A stretch of 64,000 nt of DNA. It comes from an uncultured Weeksellaceae bacterium (lineage in GTDB: Bacteria; Bacteroidota; Bacteroidia; Flavobacteriales_D; CAYVSK01). The translations under genes and the position numbers were made by a program. Shown here piece by piece: positions 53,528 to 63,078 of this stretch (positions are counted from its first letter, which is position 1; every line of letters starts with the position of its first letter). The notes beneath the pieces are model-generated. The model ran no database searches. It was given only the letters and a program-made list of their open reading frames with translations, and had not been told where the DNA came from. The stretch spans positions 9,679 through 73,678 of the forward strand of contig CAZIDL010000003.1 of assembly GCA_964537825.1 (NCBI GenBank). The letters run 5' to 3'.

Positions 53528-55973
53528 CTCTCCGAAGGTAAGGATCCCGATAGGGCTTTTGCTCATGCTCCTTCCCACCTCCCTGCTCAGCCAGGAAAAT
53601 GTCACGGGAAGGGTGATCAGCGCGAAGAACGGGAACGCCGTACCTTTTGTTCACATCGTTCCCTTGGGAAATCCAACGGAAGGTACTCAAAGCCGGATCG
53701 ACGGAAGCTTTTCGCTGGAGCTTCCGAAAGGGAGTGAACGTTTGGTGGTCTCGAGCGTCGGGTATGAAAAGGATACGCTACGAGTGCCTCCCGGAAAGGA
53801 AGGAATGAGGATCGAACTCCGGGAACGGACGGTACGGAAGCAAGCGGTAGAGGTTCATCCCCGAAAGGATCCCGCCCTCTCTATCATCCGAAAGGCGATC
53901 GCGCGAAGGAAGCTCCATGATCCCCTCGAGCAGGAAGCGTTCAAATACCGCTCTTACAGCAAGATCATCTATTCGGAGCGCTCGCTCAACTTCGACAGTT
54001 CTTGGGGAGGCTCCCCTTCGGACAGTCTTGATAGGGAGCTTGCGGACAGTTCGATCGCCCGTATTCCCGACAGCATCCATGCTTTTCTGATGGAGACCGT
54101 TACAGAACGGAAATACATGAAGGGATCTTTTGATAAAAAAAAGGTCACAGGTGCTCGTTTATCCGGCTTTAAGGATCCTCCGTTCACGGCTGTCGCTTCG
54201 GAATTGCAAGAGATATCCTTTTACCGGAATTACGTGCAGCTCTTTGGTGGTGAATACCGGAGTCCGATCAGCAGCGGAGCATTGAACAAGTATGAATACA
54301 GGTTACGGAACACCTTGGTTGAAGGGGCGGATAGTACTTTCTTCATCGAATTCCGCCCCAAAGCGGGAGCTCGCCTCAAGTCGCTGAAGGGGATGCTTAC
54401 GATCGGCTCCGACAATTATGCGATACGGACCATACGAGCGGAACCTATCAAGCGAGGGCCGAACCCCATACGGATCGAGCAGCGCTATCAATTTCACGGG
54501 AAAGCCTCCTTCCCGAAGCGCATGAACTTTGAATTGCGTCTCCCAGCTCTGGGAACGGTATACAATGGGGAGAGTTATCTGCGTGGCATCGAATTGGGCA
54601 AGGAGGCTGTCGGTGAAATAGAACGAAAGGACTTGAGCATCGAAAAGAGCGAAGGCTTTGGGCATAGGGACCGTGCATTTTGGGAAGCCCATCGGGTGGA
54701 AGGATTGAGCAAAAAGGATTCGAATACTTATCGGATCCTCGACAGCCTGGGAGCGGAACAGAATTTTGACCGAATGGTGAAGATCAGCGAAGGGCTGCTC
54801 CAAGGGCGGTTCCCATTCCCGGGTTTCAGCCTTCGTTTGTACGAACTATACCGCTACAATGCTTTTGAGCGGAACCGCCTTGGGGTAGGCCTCGAGACCA
54901 ATGACGACCTTTCTCCATATTTCCGGATCGGTGGGTATTGGGGGTACGGAACCGGGGATGAACGGATGAAATATGGAGCGGATCTGGAGTTCAGGCCTGT
55001 TGGAACGGATGAATGGCGGATCGGAGCCTTTTACCGGAAGGATCTTATGGAATCAGCGCGATCCGATGCGCCCCGGCGGGACCGTTTTTTCGGAGAGGCG
55101 GGTTTCCTTAGTGAAAGTTCCCAAAGGGGTATTTTCATTCGGCGGATGTTGGCTTCAGAAGAGATGGGTTTTCGTTTCAGGACCGATCGTCCCCGTTACT
55201 TGACCCTTGGCTTCTGGGGCCGCGTTAGTGAGGAGCGACCGCTTTATTCCACCCCTTTTCTCGACCGCTTTCCCGCTTTTCAAGAGCTCCGACTTGCTGA
55301 AACGGCTCTTAGGTTCCGCTTTGCCTATGGCGAGCAAAGAATGAAAAGTTTCGGGCAGAAGCTTGCCGTCGAGACCCCTTATCCGGTCCTTAGCGGGCAG
55401 GTCGTAAAAGGATGGAAAAGCGGTGGGATCGGTGGGGAGCGTTCTTATTGGCAGGTAACTACTGGGATCGAGCACGAGTTCCTCCTAAGAGGATTGGGAG
55501 AAGGGAAGCTAACGCTGGAGGCGAGAGCTAGTTTTGGGAATGCTCCGCTATCGAGGCTTCAATATGCCCCAGGGACCTTTTCGCGGGACCTCCCACTCTT
55601 CGTGGCCCGTTCGTTCAATACGGCCGAAAGGTATGAGTTCCTTCATTCACGAAGCCTTCACTTCTTCTACGATCAGGAACTCCTCCGCTTCATCATCCAC
55701 GAGGAGCATTCCCGACCGCTCGTCCGCTTGCGCCATCAGATGGGATGGGGGGACCGCCGGGGTGTGAAGGCGCTTGGTGCGGATGCTCCCTCCACAATGA
55801 GGAAAGGATTTTTTGAGAGCGGGATCACCGTGCAGGATCTTTTGTACACAGAAGTCGACCGCTTTTATTATTATGGCGTGAACATCAGCATCGCTTACCG
55901 CTACGGCCCCTATTCACTTGACCCTCCTCAAAGGAACTTTGCATACGGGTTCGGGTTCTCTTTTGGCCTCTGA
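53454..55973 (+). CDS. carboxypeptidase-regulatory-like domain protein with large C-terminal beta-rich domain (DUF5686-like), start uncertain
   Basis: VTGRVISAKNGNAVPFVHIV is a CarboxypepD_reg-type N-terminal domain. The long Y/F/R/G-rich C-terminal part ends ...GFGFSFGL. Candidate starts are TTG 53454, TTG 53499 and ATG 53565. Only the upstream starts retain the signal-like RIPIGLLLMLLPTSLLSQ, and they overlap the divergent radical SAM 5' end. Confidence 0.8.
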   Translation: MIRFKLLFNVNFEARLKPSRIFPIISPKVRIPIGLLLMLLPTSLLSQENVTGRVISAKNGNAVPFVHIVPLGNPTEGTQSRIDGSFSLELPKGSERLVVSSVGYEKDTLRVPPGKEGMRIELRERTVRKQAVEVHPRKDPALSIIRKAIARRKLHDPLEQEAFKYRSYSKIIYSERSLNFDSSWGGSPSDSLDRELADSSIARIPDSIHAFLMETVTERKYMKGSFDKKKVTGARLSGFKDPPFTAVASELQEISFYRNYVQLFGGEYRSPISSGALNKYEYRLRNTLVEGADSTFFIEFRPKAGARLKSLKGMLTIGSDNYAIRTIRAEPIKRGPNPIRIEQRYQFHGKASFPKRMNFELRLPALGTVYNGESYLRGIELGKEAVGEIERKDLSIEKSEGFGHRDRAFWEAHRVEGLSKKDSNTYRILDSLGAEQNFDRMVKISEGLLQGRFPFPGFSLRLYELYRYNAFERNRLGVGLETNDDLSPYFRIGGYWGYGTGDERMKYGADLEFRPVGTDEWRIGAFYRKDLMESARSDAPRRDRFFGEAGFLSESSQRGIFIRRMLASEEMGFRFRTDRPRYLTLGFWGRVSEERPLYSTPFLDRFPAFQELRLAETALRFRFAYGEQRMKSFGQKLAVETPYPVLSGQVVKGWKSGGIGGERSYWQVTTGIEHEFLLRGLGEGKLTLEARASFGNAPLSRLQYAPGTFSRDLPLFVARSFNTAERYEFLHSRSLHFFYDQELLRFIIHEEHSRPLVRLRHQMGWGDRRGVKALGADAPSTMRKGFFESGITVQDLLYTEVDRFYYYGVNISIAYRYGPYSLDPPQRNFAYGFGFSFGL

Positions 55974-56067
55974 CCGTTCATCAAGTCCTCATTCCGTTCA
56001 TCGATCCAATTTGGGTCTCTATCGGGAACTTTCTATTTTCGTTCCGCTCAAAAGAAAACGAAAGCCC

Positions 56068-57393
56068 ATGCGTCATACGCTCCTCTTCCTGGCGCTTTTC
56101 CTTCCTGCCTCCCTTTTGGCGCAGGATTTTAAAGTGGATTTTCAGGAATACGATCTCGATAACGGACTTCACGTGATCCTTCACGAGGATCATTCTGCGC
56201 CTGTTGTGACCACTGCTATCATGTACAAGGTAGGGTCGAAGAACGAAGATCCGGACGTCACGGGGACGGCCCATTTCGTGGAACATTTGATGTTCGAAGG
56301 GACTGAGAACATCGGCCAGGATGGCTTTGCACAATATGCCCAAAAGGCCGGAGGGCAACTCAATGCCAACACATCCTGGGATCGAACTTATTACTATGAA
56401 AAACTTCCCTCGAACCAGCTCGAAATGGGGCTTTGGCTGGAGTCCGAGCGCTTGATGCATGCCGTCGTGGCCGATCGAAAGGCCGGGGTGGAAGAACAAC
56501 GGGAGGTCGTTATCGAAGAGCGGAAACAGCGGGTGGAGAACCGGCCCTACGGCGATATTGCCATTCAAATGAAAAAGCGGCTCTATAAGAACCATCCCTA
56601 TAAACATCCGCTCATCGGTTATATGGAAGATCTTGAGAACGCGACCCAGAAAGACCTGAATGCGATCTACGACAAGTATTACGTGCCCAACAATGCTGTT
56701 CTGGTGGTCGCCGGGGACATCGATCCGGATAGTACGAAGGAGATGGTCCAGGATTACTTTGGTCCCATTCAAGCAGGGGATGAAGTCGAAGGGCTCGATG
56801 TTGAAGAGCCTGATATGCTCAATGGAGAGATCCGCGACACGGTCTACGATCAGATACAGCTCCCGGCCGTTGTTCAGGGGTACAAAACGCCAGGAACGGG
56901 GACAAAGGATTATTATGCCATGGACATGCTCTTTCGCGTGCTGTCCAGAGGGGAGAGTTCAAGGATGAGCCAAAAGATCCAACAGGAAAAGGAACTCGCG
57001 CTTGCAGTGAACGCCGTCCCCTTCCCCACTTATGATGATCCCGGGATGAGCCTGAGCTTCGCCATCGCCAATTCGAATGCAGACCCCGGGAAACTCGAGA
57101 AGGCGATGGAAAAGGAGTACAAGAAGGTTCGGAAAGAGCTCATTACGAAGGACGAGTTCGAAAAGGTCCGGAATCAGATCGAAAGCGAATTCGTGGATCG
57201 GAACTCGAGCATCACCGGGAAAGCTCAGAACCTGGCTACATATCACCTCCTTCGAGGGGATACCGATCTGATCAATGAAGAGATCGACAAGTACATGGAT
57301 GTTACGCGAAAGGACATCAAACGGGTGGCCAATAAGTACCTGATCAAGTCCAATCGGGTGACCCTCTACTACCTTCCCAAGTCCGCTAAATGA
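56068..57393 (+). CDS. M16-family zinc peptidase (insulinase-like), catalytic subunit type
   Basis: Signal peptide MRHTLLFLALFLPASLLAQ. Inverted zinc motif HFVEHLMFEGT with a downstream E-rich helix (EQREVVIEE). The ORF is open from 55918, but ATG 56068 gives the signal peptide. Confidence 0.9.
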   Translation: MRHTLLFLALFLPASLLAQDFKVDFQEYDLDNGLHVILHEDHSAPVVTTAIMYKVGSKNEDPDVTGTAHFVEHLMFEGTENIGQDGFAQYAQKAGGQLNANTSWDRTYYYEKLPSNQLEMGLWLESERLMHAVVADRKAGVEEQREVVIEERKQRVENRPYGDIAIQMKKRLYKNHPYKHPLIGYMEDLENATQKDLNAIYDKYYVPNNAVLVVAGDIDPDSTKEMVQDYFGPIQAGDEVEGLDVEEPDMLNGEIRDTVYDQIQLPAVVQGYKTPGTGTKDYYAMDMLFRVLSRGESSRMSQKIQQEKELALAVNAVPFPTYDDPGMSLSFAIANSNADPGKLEKAMEKEYKKVRKELITKDEFEKVRNQIESEFVDRNSSITGKAQNLATYHLLRGDTDLINEEIDKYMDVTRKDIKRVANKYLIKSNRVTLYYLPKSAK

Positions 57394-57425
57394 ACCCAAT
57401 CGCTCTTTCGAAAAGCAGCCCTACC

Positions 57426-59552
57426 ATGAAAGCGCTTCGAACACTCCCTCTATTTGCTCTCTTTGTCTTCTTCGCGTATGAAGGAGCAGCTCAGATCGAC
57501 CGCAGCAACCCTCCCGAGCCGGGTCCCCCTCCTGAGATCGACCTTGATGACCCGCATTCCTTTAAATTGGAGAACGGCCTTAAGGTATTTGTGGTGGAGG
57601 ATCATACCGTGCCTATGCTCTCCTTCTACCTTCAGCTCGATCACGATCCGATCCTGGAAGGAGGGAAAAAAGGCTATGTGAGCCTTACTGGTAATATGCT
57701 CGATAAGGGCACCGAGAACAAAAGCCGCCAGGAGATCGCCGAAAAGGTCGATGGAATGGGAGCTTCTTTGAACACATCCGGCAAGAGCATCTATGCGGAG
57801 AGCTTGAGGAAGCATTCTCCTAAGCTGCTCGACGTAATGGCCGATGTGCTCATGAAGCCTACTTTTCCAAAGAAGCAGTTCGAAAAGGTCAAAAAGCGCC
57901 AAAAATCAGGGATCCAACAGCAAAAGTCCTCAGCAGGTTCGATCCGCAGGAATGTTGGGAAATCGGTGGCATTCGGTAAGGACCATCCATACGGGGAGGT
58001 CAGGACCAAAGAGACCATCGATAGCATCCAGGTCGAGGACCTTAAGGAGCATTACAAGCAATATTGGCGTCCTAATGTTTCTTATCTGGCGGTCGTGGGG
58101 GACATCAAGCCGGAAAAGGCTGAAAAGATGGTCCGGTCCCGCTTTCGGGGTTGGCAGAAGGCGGAGGTGCCTTCTCACGAGTACGAAATGCCTCAGCCTC
58201 CCTCGAAGAACAAGGTGGCTGTTGCCAATAAGGATGGAGCAGCACAAGCCAGCCTTGCGTTCGGTTATCCGGTGGAACTGGAACCGGGGGATAAGGATCT
58301 GCTCCCAGCAAAGCTCATGAACAGCATCCTGGGGGGAAGCGGTTTCAGCTCACGCCTTTTCAAGAACCTCCGGGAGGATAAAGGATATACCTATGGGGTC
58401 TACTCAGGGCTCAGTGATGATCCCTTGGTCGGGCGGTTCTTTGCCGGAGGGAACGTGGCGCATGCTAAGGCCGATAGCTCGGTCATTCAGATCCGGAAAG
58501 AGCTCAAGAAATTGAAGCAGGACGGTATCAGTAAAGAGGAACTTAAAGCCCATAAGCAACTGAAGAGCGGAGCCTTTACCAGAGAATTGGAGGATCCTCA
58601 GACCATGGCTCGCTATGCGGTCAATATCGACCGCTACGACCTTCCGAAGGATTATTACAGGAATTATTTGAAGCGTCTTGACAAGGTCACGAAGAAGGAG
58701 GTCGATAAGGCAGCGAAGCGGTACCTACAACCAGATAGTTCCCATATCGTGGTGGTCGGGAAAGAGGATTCCCTAATGGAGCAGTTGAAGGAGTTCGGAC
58801 CGGTGCAACGCTACGATGCCTATGGTTTTGAAAAGGAGAAGGCGAAGAAAGTGAGCCTTCCGAAAGACCTGACCGCCAAAAAAGTGTTGAAGAAATACGA
58901 GAAAGCCGTCGGTGGGAAAAAAGCGATCGATAAGATCGAAGACCTCAAGCGGGTGTACAAAGGCCAGATAAAAGGGCGCGAGATCGTTATGGAACGGCTT
59001 TATCAACATCAGCAACCCGGTGGCCTTGCTAAATTGTTCGGAAAGGAGGAGAAGGAAAAGACCGCTATGAGCATTAAGATCTCCGGGATGATGACCCTAA
59101 TGGAGATGGTCTACGATGGGGAGAACGCTTACAGGAATGTACGAGGTAAGATGGATACCATCGAAGGAAAGGAGTTGAAGATGCAGAAAGAGCAAAGCGG
59201 ACCCTTTGCTTCCCGGAGTTACCTGAAGCATGGGTACAACGTGTCGGTCGAAAAAGGGGAGATGGTCCAAGGTGAAAAGGCGGTCGTCCTGAAGGTTGAA
59301 ATGCCGAACGGGAATGTCAGCAGGCAATATTACTCCCTGGATTCAGGCCTTCTCCTGAAAACCGTCTCGGAACAGGAGGGTCCTCAGGGGAAAACCCAAA
59401 AGAACGTCCAGCAGATCCTCTCCTATAAGGAGAAGAACGGACTCAAGTTCCCCTCCGTGATGAAGACCAAGATGGGAGCTCAGAAGATCGAACTCGAACT
59501 GGACGAACTTCAGCTCAATCAAGGCCTGAAAGAAGAGGCCTTCAAGCTCTGA
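57426..59552 (+). CDS. M16-family peptidase-like protein lacking the HxxEH motif, with C-terminal extension of about 250 aa
   Basis: Signal peptide MKALRTLPLFALFVFFAYEGAAQ. M16 fold blocks are present, but the zinc-motif position reads SLTGNMLDKGT. There is an extra beta-rich C-terminal domain after about aa 460. The ORF is open from ATG 57390, which overlaps the upstream stop (ATGA). Confidence 0.85.
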   Translation: MKALRTLPLFALFVFFAYEGAAQIDRSNPPEPGPPPEIDLDDPHSFKLENGLKVFVVEDHTVPMLSFYLQLDHDPILEGGKKGYVSLTGNMLDKGTENKSRQEIAEKVDGMGASLNTSGKSIYAESLRKHSPKLLDVMADVLMKPTFPKKQFEKVKKRQKSGIQQQKSSAGSIRRNVGKSVAFGKDHPYGEVRTKETIDSIQVEDLKEHYKQYWRPNVSYLAVVGDIKPEKAEKMVRSRFRGWQKAEVPSHEYEMPQPPSKNKVAVANKDGAAQASLAFGYPVELEPGDKDLLPAKLMNSILGGSGFSSRLFKNLREDKGYTYGVYSGLSDDPLVGRFFAGGNVAHAKADSSVIQIRKELKKLKQDGISKEELKAHKQLKSGAFTRELEDPQTMARYAVNIDRYDLPKDYYRNYLKRLDKVTKKEVDKAAKRYLQPDSSHIVVVGKEDSLMEQLKEFGPVQRYDAYGFEKEKAKKVSLPKDLTAKKVLKKYEKAVGGKKAIDKIEDLKRVYKGQIKGREIVMERLYQHQQPGGLAKLFGKEEKEKTAMSIKISGMMTLMEMVYDGENAYRNVRGKMDTIEGKELKMQKEQSGPFASRSYLKHGYNVSVEKGEMVQGEKAVVLKVEMPNGNVSRQYYSLDSGLLLKTVSEQEGPQGKTQKNVQQILSYKEKNGLKFPSVMKTKMGAQKIELELDELQLNQGLKEEAFKL

Positions 59553-59578
59553 GCTTTACGTTCCATCATTGAAAAAGA

Positions 59579-59598
59579 GCGGGCCTTTTAAGGCCCGC
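59579..59598 (+). terminator. GC-rich hairpin after the M16 pair (terminator-like, no U-tract)
   Basis: GCGGGCCTT-TT-AAGGCCCGC palindrome, effectively a 7-8 bp GC stem. It starts 27 nt after the stop at 59552. The downstream sequence caagacg is not T-rich. Confidence 0.35.
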
Positions 59599-59766
59599 CA
59601 AGACGAGGTTCCGCCCCTCCTCTTATACCCTTGCTGATGGGATTTTCCCCCTCCCGGGTCCCTCGGATTTTTGTTTCTTTGTTCCCGTTATTTAGGCTTT
59701 CACGACACCTGAAGCTTGAAAGCGGGCGGTTCCCCTGATATTGGGATATAGGCCTGCGCGCCGAAC

Positions 59767-62214
59767 ATGTGGACCCTCATTTCCAGGACCATACTCAGGA
59801 ACCGCATCCTTTTGCTGGTCCTCCTCGCTGTTCTTACTGGGCTCATGGGTTATCAGGCCCGTAAAGTGGAGATCAGTTACGAGTTCGGAGGCCTCCTTCC
59901 TGAAGATGACAGTACCTATCAGGTCTATGAAGCGTACCGGAAGATCTTTCCCCGGGACGGGAATATCATGGTCCTCGGGGTGGATTCCGAGAAGCTCTAC
60001 CGCAAAGAGACCTTCAATGCCTGGTATCGCTTCGGGAAAAAGATCCAGGAGTTGGAGCGAGTGGATTCCGTTCTTTCCGAAGCCCACCTTTTCGGGATGC
60101 GAAAACACCCTGAGAAGACCCGCTTCCAGCTTTATCCCCTGATGGAGGATACGCTTTCCTCTGCTTCTGAAATGGGGCGGATGAAAGAGCGGATACGGGA
60201 TCTCCCTTTTTACCGAAAGCTCATTTACAACGATTCGACAGAGGCTTCCCTCATGATGATCTATCTGGACCGGGGGATCCTCGATTCGCGCGAGCGAATG
60301 GAGACCGTACATCGGATCCAGGAAATGGGGGAGAAGTTCTCCGAAGAGCACCTGGACCTTCATTACTCCGGACTCCCCTATGTTCGCACGCTCGTGACCG
60401 ACCGCGTCCGGGAAGAGCTCAAGCTCTTTTTGGTACTGGCCGTGCTCGCAACAGCCGGGATCCTTTTCTTTTTCTTCCGGTCGTTCCGGGTTGTGCTCTT
60501 CTCGCTCCTCGTGGTCGGGGTCGGCGTGGTCTGGTCGCTCGGGACCATCGCCCTCTTCGGCTTCAAGCTCAGCATCGTTATGGTGCTGATACCGCCCCTG
60601 ATCATCGTGATCGGGATCCCGAATTGCGTTTTTCTGCTCAACAAGTACCACAATGAGTTCGTGGTGCACGGGAACAAGATCAAGGCGATCACCCGGATCA
60701 TCCACCGGATCGGCAATGCTACCTTCCTGACGAATACCACCACTGCCCTGGGATTTGCCACCTTTATTTTCACCGAGAGCTCGGTCCTTCGGGAATTCGG
60801 GATCGTGGCCTCCCTCAATATCCTTGGGATCTTCCTCTTTTCCCTCCTCATCATCCCGATCGTCTACAGTTTCTTACCGGAACCGAAGCGCCGTCATACA
60901 TCTCACCTCCGTCGCTCCTGGATACGGAGCATCATCGAAGGGTTGACGAAACTTGTGGCCAAACATCGGCCTTGGGTCTATGCGACCACCATCCTCGTCC
61001 TCTTGCTGTCGATCTTCGGGATCACACTTATGGAGACCAGTGGTCGGGTCGCGGACGATCTGCCGAAGAACGATCCGGTGCAAAAGGACCTGCGTTTCTT
61101 CCAGCATCACTTCGATGGGGTCCTTCCCTTCGAAGTGGTCGTCGATGCCGGAAAGAAAGGGCGTGTTCGCAGTCTGAGTACGCTCCGGCGGATCGATACT
61201 TTCCAGGACACCCTGGAGCAGAGGCCCGAGCTTTCCCGCCCGATCTCGATCGTGAACGGCCTCAAATTCGCTCGCCAGGCATTTTACAATGGGAATCCAG
61301 AGCGTTATGGGCTGATCGGGCCTCAGGAAAAGAGCTTCATTGCTCCCTATCTGAACGGAGGTTCGACTTCTTCACTCCTCACAGGGACTTTCATCGATCC
61401 TTCCGAGCGCTACGCCCGGATCTCGGCGAAAGTGGATGATATCGGAACCCTTCCGATGAACGAAATGCTGAGCGAGCTCCGCCCAGCTGCGGATAGCATA
61501 TTCAAAGGGGGGCGGTATGATGTGAGCTTCACAGGGAGTTCCATCGTGTTCTTCAAGGGGACCGAATACCTCGTCAAGAACCTCTTTATCAGTCTGAGCA
61601 TCGCTATCTTTCTCATAGCGCTCATCATGGCCCTCCTTTTCCGCTCTCCTCGCATGGTCCTTCTATCTCTGATCCCGAACCTGATCCCGCTCGTCATTAC
61701 TGCTGCCCTTATGGGCTATTTCAACATCTTCATCAAACCCTCTACGGTCCTCGTCTTCAGTATCGCGTTCGGAATTTCGGTGGACGACACCATCCATTAC
61801 CTGGCCAAGTACCGCCAGGAATTGAAGCATCGGAACGGGGATGTTGCTTCTGCTGTTCTGGAAGCACTGAAAGAGACGGGGGTCAGCATGTTCTACACCT
61901 CGGTCGTCCTCTTTTTCGGATTTTCCGTATTCACGATCTCGGATTTTGGGGGCAACCAAGCGATCGGCACCCTTGTGTCCATTACGCTTTTGATCGCGAT
62001 GCTGGCCAATCTCGTGCTGCTGCCTTCCATGCTGATCTCTTCGCAGCGGAGTCTTCGAACGGATGATGTTCGGCTCCAGATGCTCCAGGATATTGCAAAG
62101 GAGGAAGGGAACGGGGCTGATGCGCTCGAGAATGGAAAGGACGAGGAAGCTCCTTATCTTAAAACTCCCACCGTCGAAGAAGAGGGGGGTACATCAAAAC
62201 GTGCAAGATCATGA
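59767..62214 (+). CDS. RND-superfamily / MMPL-type membrane transporter (two sterol-sensing-like 6-TM bundles)
   Basis: 815 aa. N-terminal TM, then a periplasmic domain and a 5-6 TM bundle, repeated twice. Blocks such as [21 protein letters not shown] and [15 protein letters not shown] are typical of HAE3/MMPL-like exporters. Confidence 0.85.
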   Translation: MWTLISRTILRNRILLLVLLAVLTGLMGYQARKVEISYEFGGLLPEDDSTYQVYEAYRKIFPRDGNIMVLGVDSEKLYRKETFNAWYRFGKKIQELERVDSVLSEAHLFGMRKHPEKTRFQLYPLMEDTLSSASEMGRMKERIRDLPFYRKLIYNDSTEASLMMIYLDRGILDSRERMETVHRIQEMGEKFSEEHLDLHYSGLPYVRTLVTDRVREELKLFLVLAVLATAGILFFFFRSFRVVLFSLLVVGVGVVWSLGTIALFGFKLSIVMVLIPPLIIVIGIPNCVFLLNKYHNEFVVHGNKIKAITRIIHRIGNATFLTNTTTALGFATFIFTESSVLREFGIVASLNILGIFLFSLLIIPIVYSFLPEPKRRHTSHLRRSWIRSIIEGLTKLVAKHRPWVYATTILVLLLSIFGITLMETSGRVADDLPKNDPVQKDLRFFQHHFDGVLPFEVVVDAGKKGRVRSLSTLRRIDTFQDTLEQRPELSRPISIVNGLKFARQAFYNGNPERYGLIGPQEKSFIAPYLNGGSTSSLLTGTFIDPSERYARISAKVDDIGTLPMNEMLSELRPAADSIFKGGRYDVSFTGSSIVFFKGTEYLVKNLFISLSIAIFLIALIMALLFRSPRMVLLSLIPNLIPLVITAALMGYFNIFIKPSTVLVFSIAFGISVDDTIHYLAKYRQELKHRNGDVASAVLEALKETGVSMFYTSVVLFFGFSVFTISDFGGNQAIGTLVSITLLIAMLANLVLLPSMLISSQRSLRTDDVRLQMLQDIAKEEGNGADALENGKDEEAPYLKTPTVEEEGGTSKRARS

Positions 62215-63074
62215 AAGGCATCGTACTCGCAGGCGGCTCCGGCACCCGGCTTTATCCGCTCACCAAAGCCGTGAGCAAGCAACTGATGCCGGTCTACGAC
62301 AAGCCGATGATCTATTATCCCATATCGACCCTGATGGTCGCGGGGATCAGGGAGATCCTCATCATCTCGACCCCGGAGGATCTGCCGGCCTTCAAAAAAT
62401 TGCTCGGGGATGGTTCTGCTTTGGGCTGCTCCTTTCAATATGCCGAGCAGCCCGAACCGAAAGGGCTGGCCGAGGCCTTCACCATCGGGGCGGATTTCAT
62501 CGGTAACGACAGCGTGGCCCTGATCCTGGGGGATAACATCTTCTACGGAGCCGGTCTCGGGCGAAAACTCCAGTTCAATGCGGAACCTGAGGGCGGGCTC
62601 GTTTACGCCTACCACGTCTCCGATCCGCGTCGCTACGGGGTTATCGATTTCGATGCGGAGGGAAAGGCGCTCTCCATTCAGGAAAAACCCGAACATCCCC
62701 GTTCCAATTACGCCGTCCCCGGGCTTTATTTTTACGACAACGAAGTGGTGAACATCGCCCGGCAACTCGAGCCCAGCGAGCGGGGCGAGCTGGAGATAAC
62801 GGATGTCAACCGCGTTTATCTCGAGCGAGGAACGCTTCAGGTCGCCACCATGGACCGGGGAACGGCCTGGTTGGACACCGGCACCTTCAACTCCCTCATG
62901 CAGGCCGGTCAGTTCGTCCAGGTGATCGAGGAGCGGCAGGGGCTCAAGATCGGTTGCATCGAGGAAGCTGCCTACCAGATGGGCTACATCGATGCCGAAG
63001 CCTTGAAAGCCCTCGCTGAACCGCTCCGCAAAAGCGGTTACGGCGAATACCTTTTGGGGATCATCGGCGAATAG
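62211..63074 (+). CDS. rfbA: glucose-1-phosphate thymidylyltransferase
   Basis: 287 aa. [42 protein letters not shown], and [10 protein letters not shown] motifs. ATGA overlap with the transporter gene. Confidence 0.96.
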   Translation: MKGIVLAGGSGTRLYPLTKAVSKQLMPVYDKPMIYYPISTLMVAGIREILIISTPEDLPAFKKLLGDGSALGCSFQYAEQPEPKGLAEAFTIGADFIGNDSVALILGDNIFYGAGLGRKLQFNAEPEGGLVYAYHVSDPRRYGVIDFDAEGKALSIQEKPEHPRSNYAVPGLYFYDNEVVNIARQLEPSERGELEITDVNRVYLERGTLQVATMDRGTAWLDTGTFNSLMQAGQFVQVIEERQGLKIGCIEEAAYQMGYIDAEALKALAEPLRKSGYGEYLLGIIGE

Positions 63075-63078
63075 ATCA

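Noticed and set aside
55981-56772. 263-aa minus-strand ORF opposite the catalytic M16 peptidase gene
   Set aside because: It lies antisense to the HxxEH-containing frame and has no recognisable features.
52505-59552. Radical SAM/SPASM plus two M16 peptidases read as a PQQ-like or RiPP maturation cluster
   Set aside because: Both M16 proteins have clear signal peptides and so are periplasmic. The radical SAM gene is on the opposite strand, separated from them by a 2.4-kb unrelated gene. I saw no precursor-like small ORF and no PqqB, PqqC or PqqD-like genes. The adjacency is most likely coincidental.
59692-60705. 337-aa minus-strand ORF opposite the MMPL-type transporter
   Set aside because: It lies antisense to a clearly membrane-protein-coding frame. 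Its own translation is E/P/H/D-rich with no hydrophobic or catalytic pattern, so I treat it as a shadow ORF.
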